Virus genome (UHGV): UHGV-0199584
Reading direction: 5' to 3' (one strand)
DNA from: a virus
Length of the DNA stretch: 40,081 nt
Under the pieces are notes generated by a model. The model was given only the letters and a program-made list of their open reading frames with translations. It was not told where the DNA came from and did not search any database. How positions within the stretch are numbered: the stretch's first letter is position 1; each line of letters begins with the position of its first letter. The position numbers were made by a program, and so were the translations under genes. Shown here piece after piece: positions 1 through 7,940 of the stretch.

Positions 1-1137
1 TTATTTATTTGTTTCAATATTTTGCTTTTGTATCTCTTCTGTTTTGTGTAAATTTTGTGAAACTTCGCTAAATACAGCATTTAAAGCTCGGCGTTTTTCT
101 CCATCTAAAATATGGGCATATTTGAGTGTTGTTTTTATGTTTGCATGGCCTAAAATTTCTTGAGTGATGCGCAGATTATTTGTTTGTTTTAAAATCCAAG
201 TGGCAGCAGTATGACGTAGGGTGTGGAAGTTTACATAAGGTAATTCCGGGTCGTTTAATTCTTTGCTGAAATTTCTTTGGTCTTTTCTTTTATAGAAAAT
301 ATGACGCCATGCTCCATCAATATTGTGTATGGGGTTGCTATTAAAGGTAAAAACATATTCGCAGATTTTGGGTTGTTGCAAAAGGATTTCTTTTAATTGA
401 GGAATTATTGGGATAGATAAATTTTTTCCGCCTATCTTATTTTTATCTTTAACCTTTATGTTGATAGTATCGGAAACAAAATCAAGGTTTTCCCATTTCA
501 GCCCTAAAATATTACCTTTTCTCATTCCGGTATAGAGGGCGGTATAAATAATAGGTTTCAGATGAGGGGCTGCTCTATCTATGATTTTTTGTGCAATAGA
601 CCAGTCTGAAAGATATTTTATATTTTCAGCCGGTTCCTTTTGTTTAAATTTAGAAATGCTTATGTTGGGTGTGTGATAGTTTCTGTCTTTGCAAAAATTG
701 ATTACAGATGATAATACAGTTAAGTTCCGGTTAATTGTAGAAGGCTTTTTCCCTTGATTTCTATAAGTTTGGATGTAATTTGCCACATCCTGTGGTGTGA
801 TTTCTGAAAGTTTTTTGTTAAAATATTTTAACAATGTATTGAGTTTAAGCAAAGTGTCTTTGGCGTTTTGATGATATTTTCCGATATTTTCAAAGAAAAG
901 GACAAAGGCATCCTCGCAACTTATTTCTACTTCATTATTTCCTGTATCAAGCTTTATTTGTTTTTCAATTTGTTCAATATAATTTAGGCAATATTGCGCT
1001 GCTTTTTCGGGAAGTATTTGGTGCGTAGATATGCGAGATTGTATCCGCTCTCCGGAGCTTGCGACAAACGATATGTACGCGTGGTAGATGTTGCCGCGTC
1101 TGTATAAGCTGAAAGGCTGGTTGTGCTGTTTCGCCAA
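1..1137 (-). CDS. int: Tyrosine recombinase (phage integrase)
   Basis: Catalytic motifs TGMRKGNI (R), FHTLRH (HxxR), ILGH and TTLKY; TTG start with GAGGA upstream; TAA at 1-3. Confidence 0.95.
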   Translation of the reverse strand: MAKQHNQPFSLYRRGNIYHAYISFVASSGERIQSRISTHQILPEKAAQYCLNYIEQIEKQIKLDTGNNEVEISCEDAFVLFFENIGKYHQNAKDTLLKLNTLLKYFNKKLSEITPQDVANYIQTYRNQGKKPSTINRNLTVLSSVINFCKDRNYHTPNISISKFKQKEPAENIKYLSDWSIAQKIIDRAAPHLKPIIYTALYTGMRKGNILGLKWENLDFVSDTINIKVKDKNKIGGKNLSIPIIPQLKEILLQQPKICEYVFTFNSNPIHNIDGAWRHIFYKRKDQRNFSKELNDPELPYVNFHTLRHTAATWILKQTNNLRITQEILGHANIKTTLKYAHILDGEKRRALNAVFSEVSQNLHKTEEIQKQNIETNK

Positions 1138-1277
1138 TTTTCCAAATCCTCTGTTCTGTACATTTTGCGTTTTCCGACAGGCTTAATCCGTATATTTCCT
1201 TTTTTCACTTCGGATTTAAAAGAATAAATACCGATTTCTAAATATTCTGCAGCCTGTTTTGCATTTAGCAGACTCAT
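984..1277 (-). CDS. xis: Excisionase-like winged HTH protein
   Basis: LLNAKQAAEYLEIG...GKRKMYRTEDLENW pattern; directly upstream of and overlapping int; AAAGGA SD. Confidence 0.8.
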   Translation of the reverse strand: MSLLNAKQAAEYLEIGIYSFKSEVKKGNIRIKPVGKRKMYRTEDLENWRNSTTSLSAYTDAATSTTRTYRLSQAPESGYNLAYLRTKYFPKKQRNIA

Positions 1278-1552
1278 ATTAAAGTCCTTTCAAAGAGTCA
1301 AGTTTAAAAGGCGGGCGCAGCAGTTTTAATTTAACCTGTTAATCCAAAATCTGCGCCCGGAGTTGTGCGGTACCGCCATTCGTCCCTAACTTTACGCTGC
1401 CTGAAACTTGAACCCTTACGGGCTGGTCGGTTTTAGCATCCGCACAGTGCTTGAAAGGAGGGCAGCGTGATAGAAACGAGTTCGATATTTTTCACACCAC
1501 ACGCCCCGAACTCCGCTCTATCTGCGTCTTAATAAGCCGTGTGGGGAAAGGG
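1278..1552 (-). other. Structured non-coding region (candidate leader/attenuator or ncRNA) upstream of xis-int
   Basis: Stems 1312-1320/1351-1359, 1364-1370/1440-1446 and 1394-1401/1461-1468; GUAA-capped hairpin at 1411-1424 on the minus strand. Confidence 0.45.
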
Positions 1553-1777
1553 CTAGATGCCTTCAGCGAATTCCTTGCTATTAACAGCCTCTTGCCAAGT
1601 CGGATACTCGGCGATTAGTTCAAAAGCCTCTACGCTTTTTTTCCATAGTCGTTCAACGTACCCATTGTTGAAAATAAAATATACCCACGCAAAAGGAGAT
1701 TTACTTTCATCAACTCTTATGACAACCAAAGGGCAACTTATATCTTGTGATTTATAAATCTGTCCGGCTCTAATCAT
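1553..1777 (-). CDS. Hypothetical phage early protein
   Basis: 74-aa ORF overlapping its upstream neighbour in the leftward operon. Confidence 0.7.
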   Translation of the reverse strand: MIRAGQIYKSQDISCPLVVIRVDESKSPFAWVYFIFNNGYVERLWKKSVEAFELIAEYPTWQEAVNSKEFAEGI

Positions 1778-2174
1778 CGTTCCTATCCTCGTAAAAAGTT
1801 AATTCATTTTTGCGGACGGGGCGGCAAAAAGGGTATCCTGCACTAGTCGAACTAGCAAAAAAAGGCGAACTGCTTCCCTCTTTGATATATGCTAAAAAAT
1901 CTAAACGCTTATAATTCCCGAAAGAGTCCCAAAACCAACAGGGGAATTTGTTGTCGATAATCTTTTGCCAGTCCGGTTCAGGGGCTTTGTAAATTTCCCA
2001 TTTATTACTTAGGAACCAATCTGAACATCCATTTAAACTATACGGAAGAGCTTCATTACACTCATCATAAATCTTACCGTTTCTTAAATAGATAAAATGA
2101 CCTTTATCCCAATTCCACTCTCTAATCTTTGCCCCGTTTCTGAACTCGGGCAGCAGTTCTTCTAAATATGCCAT
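1770..2174 (-). CDS. Hypothetical phage early protein
   Basis: 134-aa ORF with coupled start/stop overlaps. Confidence 0.75.
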   Translation of the reverse strand: MAYLEELLPEFRNGAKIREWNWDKGHFIYLRNGKIYDECNEALPYSLNGCSDWFLSNKWEIYKAPEPDWQKIIDNKFPCWFWDSFGNYKRLDFLAYIKEGSSSPFFASSTSAGYPFCRPVRKNELTFYEDRNDD

Positions 2175-2389
2175 TAGTTACCTACCTTTCGTAAAGATTT
2201 CCGCCAATCGTCAACGGGGTCTATGACAAAGCACTCCAAGCTCGTATAACATAAATTTTTGAGTGCAAATCCACGGTCATCAATTTCTGGTTTATCCATA
2301 TACCAATACCAAATATCTGTTTCATCCATAGCAATCCAGCCCGGGCGCATTTCCGGGGCAATATCGCGCATAAATTCATCAATCGTCAT
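2174..2389 (-). CDS. Hypothetical phage protein (IAMD-x4-WY-x4-KP type)
   Basis: ATG at 2389 with GAGGA SD; paralogous to 4306-4545. Confidence 0.7.
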   Translation of the reverse strand: MTIDEFMRDIAPEMRPGWIAMDETDIWYWYMDKPEIDDRGFALKNLCYTSLECFVIDPVDDWRKSLRKVGN

Positions 2390-2699
2390 CGCATTCCTCT
2401 TCTGTTTTCCAAGCGGCGACATTACTTAAAAGGTTAATGTTCCAGTCGCTATAATTCTTTTTAGCCTTTTGTTTTGCAATTTCTTCTGCCTCTTCTTCGT
2501 TTTCTGCTTCAATAAATATTATCATAGATACTTCGGCAACGGCATTAAGATGAACCTCGTACTTCCGCTTTTTTGTAATTTCCCGCTCTTTATCTTTGCC
2601 CCACTCGCTGTCTATGTTTTGGCGGACATAATCGCCGAATTGTCCGAAATAGGGAAAATCATCAGGATTTATTTCTTTGCCGTATTTAGTTTTCATCAT
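2379..2699 (-). CDS. Hypothetical protein with DpnD/PcfM-like C-terminal motif
   Basis: KYEV...IEAENEEEAEEIAK motif; overlaps both neighbours. Confidence 0.65.
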   Translation of the reverse strand: MMKTKYGKEINPDDFPYFGQFGDYVRQNIDSEWGKDKEREITKKRKYEVHLNAVAEVSMIIFIEAENEEEAEEIAKQKAKKNYSDWNINLLSNVAAWKTEEECDDD

Positions 2700-3052
2700 T
2701 TGTTGTCCCTTTTAACATTTCCGTCGGATGTGTTAAAATCTTCAGGATTTTTTAACATAATGTTGCAATTTGGTTCGGAATGTTGCGAATTTGGTTTTGC
2801 AACATTATTTGCAACATTGATACGGGAACTGCAAAGTTTAAATAAATCACCTAGGCGTCTTGCTAACTTCCGGTACATTGGCCGTCCTAAATCTGTAGAC
2901 ACTTCATCTGAATTTGTGCCAAAATTGTTGAAAGCCCACAAATAAAACAAGCACTCTAATTTTGTAAATTTGTTTTCTCGCATATAATGTTTGATTTGTT
3001 TCGATGAAAAACTGCACTCGATTTCATCTGTATCAAAAATATATTTCGTCAT
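2696..3052 (-). CDS. Hypothetical phage early protein
   Basis: 118-aa ORF with ATGA overlaps at both ends. Confidence 0.7.
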   Translation of the reverse strand: MTKYIFDTDEIECSFSSKQIKHYMRENKFTKLECLFYLWAFNNFGTNSDEVSTDLGRPMYRKLARRLGDLFKLCSSRINVANNVAKPNSQHSEPNCNIMLKNPEDFNTSDGNVKRDNK

Positions 3053-3726
3053 CGTTCCTCACTTTCGCCAAGAGCGGCGTTGATACGGGTTAAAAGATCT
3101 TGTCCTCTTTTATGGGATTCTTCCCCGCCTCTGATTTGCCAAGTCATAATTTCAGCAGAAACAATCGGTAAACACTCTTTCAGCAATCCTCGGAGCTTGC
3201 CAATATCCTCGTTCTGGGCTGTCTGATACCAGCGGGCAGATTCAAGCTCTTTTTTGAGCTTTTCGTATTTGTCAAGAATTGCTAAAAGGCTATATTTTTC
3301 TTTACGTTTAAGAAAATCAAGCCGTTGTTCTTTTGTTCCGTTTTTAACTAAATTTTCCCAATTTCCCTCTTCCAAATATAAAAGATTTTCCGCAAGTTCA
3401 TCCCATATTTTGTTTTTCTCTTCCATTTTCGCCAGTTTCAGCTGCATAACTTCATTTTCAGAACAGCAGCAATAGCGCCGGTGTTCAGCAAGTTCTGCCT
3501 GCATAGCCTTGTATTCGTTATAGGTGGGAATGGGTGCTAAAACTTTCAGTTTTCCTTTTGAAAAACACGGCCTGTAATAGTTTCCCTCGTAATCGTTTAA
3601 ATCTCCTTCCATATCAACAACCATAGGTTCAGGGTTGCTGTCTTCTGTTTCGACAAACCAAAAACTACCAGCTTGTAATTTATTGTTCAGCCATTCCTTT
3701 GTCAGTTCTTCAGGTGTTTGGGGCAT
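3049..3726 (-). CDS. Hypothetical coiled-coil phage early protein
   Basis: 225-aa ORF, AGGAG SD, heptad-rich C-terminal half. Confidence 0.75.
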   Translation of the reverse strand: MPQTPEELTKEWLNNKLQAGSFWFVETEDSNPEPMVVDMEGDLNDYEGNYYRPCFSKGKLKVLAPIPTYNEYKAMQAELAEHRRYCCCSENEVMQLKLAKMEEKNKIWDELAENLLYLEEGNWENLVKNGTKEQRLDFLKRKEKYSLLAILDKYEKLKKELESARWYQTAQNEDIGKLRGLLKECLPIVSAEIMTWQIRGGEESHKRGQDLLTRINAALGESEER

Positions 3727-3778
3727 TTTGAGTCTCCTTAATTGATATTTTGCTTTTGAACGGTATCTGCTTTACTGA

Positions 3779-3952
3779 TTACCAATACGGGTATTCTTCT
3801 GATAAAGTCGTCAGGATGGTTTTTACGGCTTTTTTGTAGCGTTCAGGCGTATTTTCGTTTATGGAAACGGTATCTTTTAATCCTAAGGCTCCGTCATCGT
3901 CAAAAATCTCAACAGTAAATCTTCCGTATATTTTCTTTAATTTGTTTTTCAT
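3779..3952 (-). CDS. Small hypothetical protein, 57 aa (not in ORF track)
   Basis: Translated manually: MKNKLKKIYGRFTVEIFDDDG...SEEYPYW; AAAGGA SD; fills an operon gap. Confidence 0.65.
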   Translation of the reverse strand: MKNKLKKIYGRFTVEIFDDDGALGLKDTVSINENTPERYKKAVKTILTTLSEEYPYW

Positions 3953-4023
3953 CTCAAATTCCTTTCAGATGTTGCAATAATGAAAAAAACAAACGCTAAT
4001 ATGAAAAAAATAAAACTATTCAT
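3949..4023 (-). CDS. 24-aa hydrophobic membrane peptide (not in ORF track)
   Basis: MNSFIFFILAFVFFIIATSERNLR; AAAGGA SD; ATGA overlap with the next gene. Confidence 0.55.
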   Translation of the reverse strand: MNSFIFFILAFVFFIIATSERNLR

Positions 4024-4025
4024 GA

Positions 4026-4313
4026 CTATTCCTTTGCGTAGAGGTTGTAAATTAAGCGGCGGTCGTTGCCTTTAATTACTTTGGTCTTAAAGTGGTGCAG
4101 TCTGCAGGCTTTTCTGGCAATCAGTCGGAGCATGCGGCAGGGAATGTTATGTTGTGTTGAATGCCGAACGCTCCAATGGTTCTGGTAATGGAAGACGCTG
4201 ATACGATTGTTTATAAGCATGCCGTTTTCGGCCCCGCGTTGATGGAATATGATTTTTCCGATTATTCCGCCCATAAAGATGTTAAGGCCGTATTTGATTT
4301 GTAATTTAGCCAT
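4026..4313 (-). CDS. Hypothetical phage early protein
   Basis: 95-aa ORF overlapping its upstream gene. Confidence 0.65.
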   Translation of the reverse strand: MAKLQIKYGLNIFMGGIIGKIIFHQRGAENGMLINNRISVFHYQNHWSVRHSTQHNIPCRMLRLIARKACRLHHFKTKVIKGNDRRLIYNLYAKE

Positions 4314-4545
4314 TGATTATCTCGCGTATATTATAACAGCTTTTACGCCATTTGGCGGTGGGAGTTATTTTGCAACACAGTTTACGAGATGGGTTCCAGT
4401 GTCTCCAGACGCCGGCTATGCCGACAGGACGACCGGCGAAAACGTACCAACTCATATCCTCATTCATGGCGATATAACTCCATTTCAGAGATAGCCGGCG
4501 GCAGATACGGGAAAGGTTGGCCGGATATTTACGCTTTATTGTCAT
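4306..4545 (-). CDS. Hypothetical phage protein, paralog of 2174-2389
   Basis: YIAMNEDMSWYVFAGRP...WRKS motif. Confidence 0.7.
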   Translation of the reverse strand: MTIKRKYPANLSRICRRLSLKWSYIAMNEDMSWYVFAGRPVGIAGVWRHWNPSRKLCCKITPTAKWRKSCYNIREIING

Positions 4546-4822
4546 CTTTCTCTTCTTCCTCTATAAATTGACAAACAGTGGCATCTCCATTACGTTTGTC
4601 CGGACACTCTATAAAGCCCCACATGGTTTCATGGTCTTCTTTTGACAAATTGTGCCATTTAGAAACATATACGCTGCCATCATCGTATAAGGCGGTGGGC
4701 GCTGCAAATTCCCGAATTCCTACAGACAGTCCTTTCTTTCGGCAAAATTCTACAGCTGCGTTATAGCCGCTCCAATTTTCTCCGATATGGTAAAAACGGG
4801 CGATGGGAACTGGTTTTCTCAT
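4529..4822 (-). CDS. Hypothetical phage protein
   Basis: 97-aa ORF, AGGAG SD, ATGA overlap with upstream gene. Confidence 0.75.
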   Translation of the reverse strand: MRKPVPIARFYHIGENWSGYNAAVEFCRKKGLSVGIREFAAPTALYDDGSVYVSKWHNLSKEDHETMWGFIECPDKRNGDATVCQFIEEEEKDDNKA

Positions 4823-5055
4823 TGTTTTTGCTCCTTAGGCTGAAAATAATCTTCTTCATGGATTTGAAAATTGCGTACGCAAGGGTTGGCACAGCCTTGA
4901 GCTGGCGGCAAGGCTAACAGGGCCTTTTTTATGTTATGATGAATTGATTTTGGATCGGAAATTTTAGGGGCAAAATTTTCCGGATGCCGGATAATCAATT
5001 CAAAGCTGATAACATATTTAATGACGTTCATTGGCATTAGGCATATTCCTTTCAT
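4819..5055 (-). CDS. Hypothetical protein (start uncertain)
   Basis: Fills the operon slot; stop overlaps the next start. Confidence 0.55.
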   Translation of the reverse strand: MKGICLMPMNVIKYVISFELIIRHPENFAPKISDPKSIHHNIKKALLALPPAQGCANPCVRNFQIHEEDYFQPKEQKQ

Positions 5056-5209
5056 AAATCTTGCAAACCTGAAAATTCAGGCGTTTGCCATATTGCTTTT
5101 CCAGTTCCATGATTTTCTTTTGCGCTTCGAAAACGGAGGAAAAGCTTTCTGTTCCGAAGACTTGTTCAAAAGTGTCTAATTTATAGATGACGATGTAGCG
5201 TGTCAGCAT
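5018..5209 (-). CDS. Hypothetical protein
   Basis: ATG at 5209 just after the upstream stop; MLTRYIVIYK... Confidence 0.6.
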   Translation of the reverse strand: MLTRYIVIYKLDTFEQVFGTESFSSVFEAQKKIMELEKQYGKRLNFQVCKIYERNMPNANERH

Positions 5210-5214
5210 ATTGT

Positions 5215-5673
5215 TCAATCCTGATTCCAAGGTTTATCTAAGTTTTTTCGCTGGGCGAGAATGATGGTTTTTTCCACTTCTTTCATGGCGGAAAGTTCTT
5301 CGTCTGCTTTGGCTTTGGTCATTTTGCCGCGGGCAACGAAAGACGGATAATGGTTTTCGCGCATATAAATTTCGCGTTGAACACATTTTAACTGGCGATT
5401 GAAATCAAGTTTTATGCCTGACTGATATTCATTACAAAATTTGAAATCCGGAATTTCGGTAAAGGCAGTAATATTTAGGTTTGAGGTGTTAAGCCAATGA
5501 TCGCCCATCCAGGTATCCAGTTCGGGAAGATATTGCGGTACGTCGCTGCGGGATACATCTCCCGGAAATTTTCCTGCCATATAATTAGGGTTGGGGTAGG
5601 CTACCAAAAAAAATTTGAATTTTGCTTTTAGCGACGGTTTGTATTCGGGAAACGGATACCAGATATTACTCAC
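5215..5673 (-). CDS. First gene of the leftward early operon; two-domain hypothetical protein
   Basis: GTG start with GGAGG SD; DUF551-like N-terminus (WYPFPEYKP...ITAFTEIP); C-terminal REIYMRENHYPSFVARGKM phage motif. Confidence 0.75.
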   Translation of the reverse strand: MSNIWYPFPEYKPSLKAKFKFFLVAYPNPNYMAGKFPGDVSRSDVPQYLPELDTWMGDHWLNTSNLNITAFTEIPDFKFCNEYQSGIKLDFNRQLKCVQREIYMRENHYPSFVARGKMTKAKADEELSAMKEVEKTIILAQRKNLDKPWNQD

Positions 5674-5681
5674 AACGACCT

Positions 5682-5781
5682 CCGAAAATATTCATAAAAA
5701 AATTAAAATCTGTTTATTGATATGAAATATATTCATATTATTTTTATGTAGTCAAGTTTAAAATATGAAATATGTTCATAT
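5682..5781 (-). promoter_or_regulatory. Leftward early promoter (PL-like) with repressor operators
   Basis: TTGACT (5755-5750)-N18-TATATT on the minus strand; operator ATGAAATATATTCAT at 5722-5736, 1-mismatch copy at 5765-5779, partial site at 5682-5695. Confidence 0.75.
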
Positions 5782-5847
5782 TTTTTAGGGGCGGGGATTT
5801 AAAGTAATTTTAAGTAAATCCGGATAAATAGGAAAAAGGAGGTTTTT

Positions 5848-6375
5848 ATGAAATTTTTATTGTTCCTTTTTCTGTTGTGTGTGCCGGCGGTTTTGGAGGC
5901 CAAAAATATAGAGATATATTTTTCACCTTCAGCGCGCTGTGAGAACAAAATTATAAAATATATTAAGCAAAGCGAAGAACAGATTGATGCTGCAGTGTAT
6001 GCCATTAATAACGACAATATTGTTGAGGCATTAAAAAAAGCCCACGACAGGGGCGTAAAGATAAGGATTTTGACTGACAGGCTTCAGGCTTCCAATAAAA
6101 GCTCTAAGGTAAAAGAATTGAGAAAATACGGTATAAATATCCGGGTTCATTCTAAATTTAAGATTGAACATAATAAATTTGCGGTATTTGACAAGAAAGT
6201 TGCTACATCCGGATCTTACAACTGGACGAATCCGGCAACGGAAAAAAACAGTGAAAATTGCGCCTTTTTTATAAAAAATCAGGATGCGGTGAAAGAGTAT
6301 CAGGACCGATTTGAATATCTCTGGCGCATAAATACCAGGAAAAAATCAGAAGCCTGGTTTGAGAGGAATTGCTGA
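5848..6375 (+). CDS. Secreted phospholipase D-family (Nuc-like) endonuclease
   Basis: Signal peptide MKFLLFLFLLCVPAVLEA; single HKD motif HNKFAVFD followed by GSYNWT and NSEN; YFSP start motif; AGGAGG SD. Confidence 0.9.
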   Translation: MKFLLFLFLLCVPAVLEAKNIEIYFSPSARCENKIIKYIKQSEEQIDAAVYAINNDNIVEALKKAHDRGVKIRILTDRLQASNKSSKVKELRKYGINIRVHSKFKIEHNKFAVFDKKVATSGSYNWTNPATEKNSENCAFFIKNQDAVKEYQDRFEYLWRINTRKKSEAWFERNC

Positions 6376-6560
6376 TGGATGAAGATGGGGAAAAGATTTG
6401 GAAGGCTTTGAAAGTGTACAGCCTAATTTTTCTGGCAGTTTTAGTATGCTTAATTTTTGTGTCAGGATTTTTGGATATATCCATTTCAGAGCAGAAAGAG
6501 TTTATTAAGTTACTTACGATAGCATTTATCTTTTGTTTTGTAACTGATGTATTGCTGTAA
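6375..6560 (+). CDS. Small two-TM membrane protein
   Basis: TGATG coupling to the nuclease gene; two hydrophobic segments. Confidence 0.65.
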   Translation: MDEDGEKIWKALKVYSLIFLAVLVCLIFVSGFLDISISEQKEFIKLLTIAFIFCFVTDVLL

Positions 6561-6644
6561 ACTAAAGAATGTTTAAAGCTTGTTGCTGATATAGAAAATG
6601 TTTCAGTGGGAGCAGATGATTTCTATATTACAATTAGAGATTAA

Positions 6645-7107
6645 TTATAAGCAGTTTTTAATTTCTCTTTTTATAGTGGGAATTTTACTCAAAATATTTT
6701 GGATTTGCCTGAATTGATATAAGTTCATTTTCTTGTAGCTGTAAAAATTGAGCTGCAATTTGAATTCGGTATGTGCCTGCGTTAGGCTTATTTGTTTATG
6801 AGCGGCATAAATTTTAGCCATACAAAGGTATTGCAATTCATGTTTGCGGGAAATTGGCGTAGTAAAGTCTTTGCTGCTGTCTGTTTTGCTAAAAAAAAAT
6901 GAAACCAAGTAGGGCAATGAGCAGAAAAGCAATAATCAGACTGCCTTGTAAATAAATATGGTTACCTTGATTCTTAAATGAGAAAATAAAATTTCCCTGA
7001 TTTTTTGTGGAATTGTCAATCTTTATATTTTTCGTTTGCGTTGGGGTAGATGAAGAATTCTCCGCTTCGGATAAAATTGCGGAGATTTTGCTTTTTAAGT
7101 CGTCCAT
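6645..7107 (-). pseudogene. Membrane protein with ORF6C-like C-terminal domain, frameshifted at a T9 tract (6891-6899)
   Basis: ORFs 6889-7107 and 6645-6932 fuse into one 153-aa reading frame if one T is removed. Confidence 0.6.
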
Positions 7108-7131
7108 TGCTTAGTCCTTTTCTGATTTGAG

Positions 7132-7584
7132 TTAGATAGCGCGCCTAGTGATAAAATCAGATATCTCAATAACTTTGGCTTTTTTCTCCTCAGGTGTTAA
7201 ATTAAGTGTAGCTTCGCAAAGGCTGGCGATAAGCTCAGCTTTCTTTTCAGGAGAGAGTACCTTTTTTTTGGCAATTAAAAATTCTTCAACCGTTTGGGTG
7301 ACGATTTTAATGTTTTCGTAAAGATTCTCTGGGCAATACTGGGCTGAAGCCTGCCATTGCTGCGGTAAAAGCTCTGAGGGCTTGCAGTCAAGCACCGCCG
7401 CAATCTGAACCAGCCGGTATAAAGATATATTCAGTGCTCCGTTGACCTGCTTGGATAATTGCCCCTGGTCAATATCAATTAGGTCTGCAATCTCTGTTAA
7501 TGTGCGAGTTCCTTTTAATGATTTAATCAGGTTGTTTCTACCCCAGTATTCTAAAATATCTTTTTTTGAAGCAATATTTGACAT
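7132..7584 (-). CDS. XRE-family HTH repressor (CI-like, no S24 peptidase motif recognised)
   Basis: TLTEIADLIDIDQGQLSKQVNG...LVQIAAVLDCKPSELL; divergent from a Cro-like gene. Confidence 0.85.
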   Translation of the reverse strand: MSNIASKKDILEYWGRNNLIKSLKGTRTLTEIADLIDIDQGQLSKQVNGALNISLYRLVQIAAVLDCKPSELLPQQWQASAQYCPENLYENIKIVTQTVEEFLIAKKKVLSPEKKAELIASLCEATLNLTPEEKKAKVIEISDFITRRAI

Positions 7585-7601
7585 ACATTTTCCCCTTCGG
7601 A

Positions 7602-7686
7602 ATGAAATATAATTTAAAATAAAATAAAAGTGAATGATGATATATTCATTTTTTATTTGACTTATTATGAATATATTTCATATTCT
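7602..7686 (+). promoter_or_regulatory. Rightward early promoter (PR-like) with operators
   Basis: TTGACT (7657-7662)-N18-TATTCT; ATGAATATATTTCAT at 7667-7681 is the exact reverse complement of the 5722 operator; partial sites at 7602-7611 and 7640-7649. Confidence 0.75.
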
Positions 7687-7715
7687 AGCATAAAAAGGAC
7701 GAAAGAGGTAGCAAA

Positions 7716-7940
7716 ATGATACGAAAGGCGATGAAAGAACTGCATATTACGCAAAAAATGCTTGAGGAAAAAACACAGATTGCTCAAGCGTCTATCAGTC
7801 GTATATGTAACGGGAGGCAGAAACCGACGTTGTGTCAGGCCGTACTGTTGAAAGAGATATTGAATATTCCGCTGGAATATTGGGAAAGCGACGAATGGAA
7901 GAAACAAAGCAGATCTAATGTAAAAAAGGAGGGAATATGA
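7716..7940 (+). CDS. Cro-like HTH protein
   Basis: ITQKMLEEKTQIAQASISRICNGRQKP HTH; position opposite the repressor. Confidence 0.85.
   Translation: MIRKAMKELHITQKMLEEKTQIAQASISRICNGRQKPTLCQAVLLKEILNIPLEYWESDEWKKQSRSNVKKEGI

Noticed and set aside
1360..1450. tRNA, tmRNA fragment, ribozyme or c-di-GMP riboswitch
   Set aside because: Only fragmentary resemblance (GGTTCAAG, GCTGCCTGA, GNRA stem); no cloverleaf or complete consensus, so kept only as an unassigned structured element
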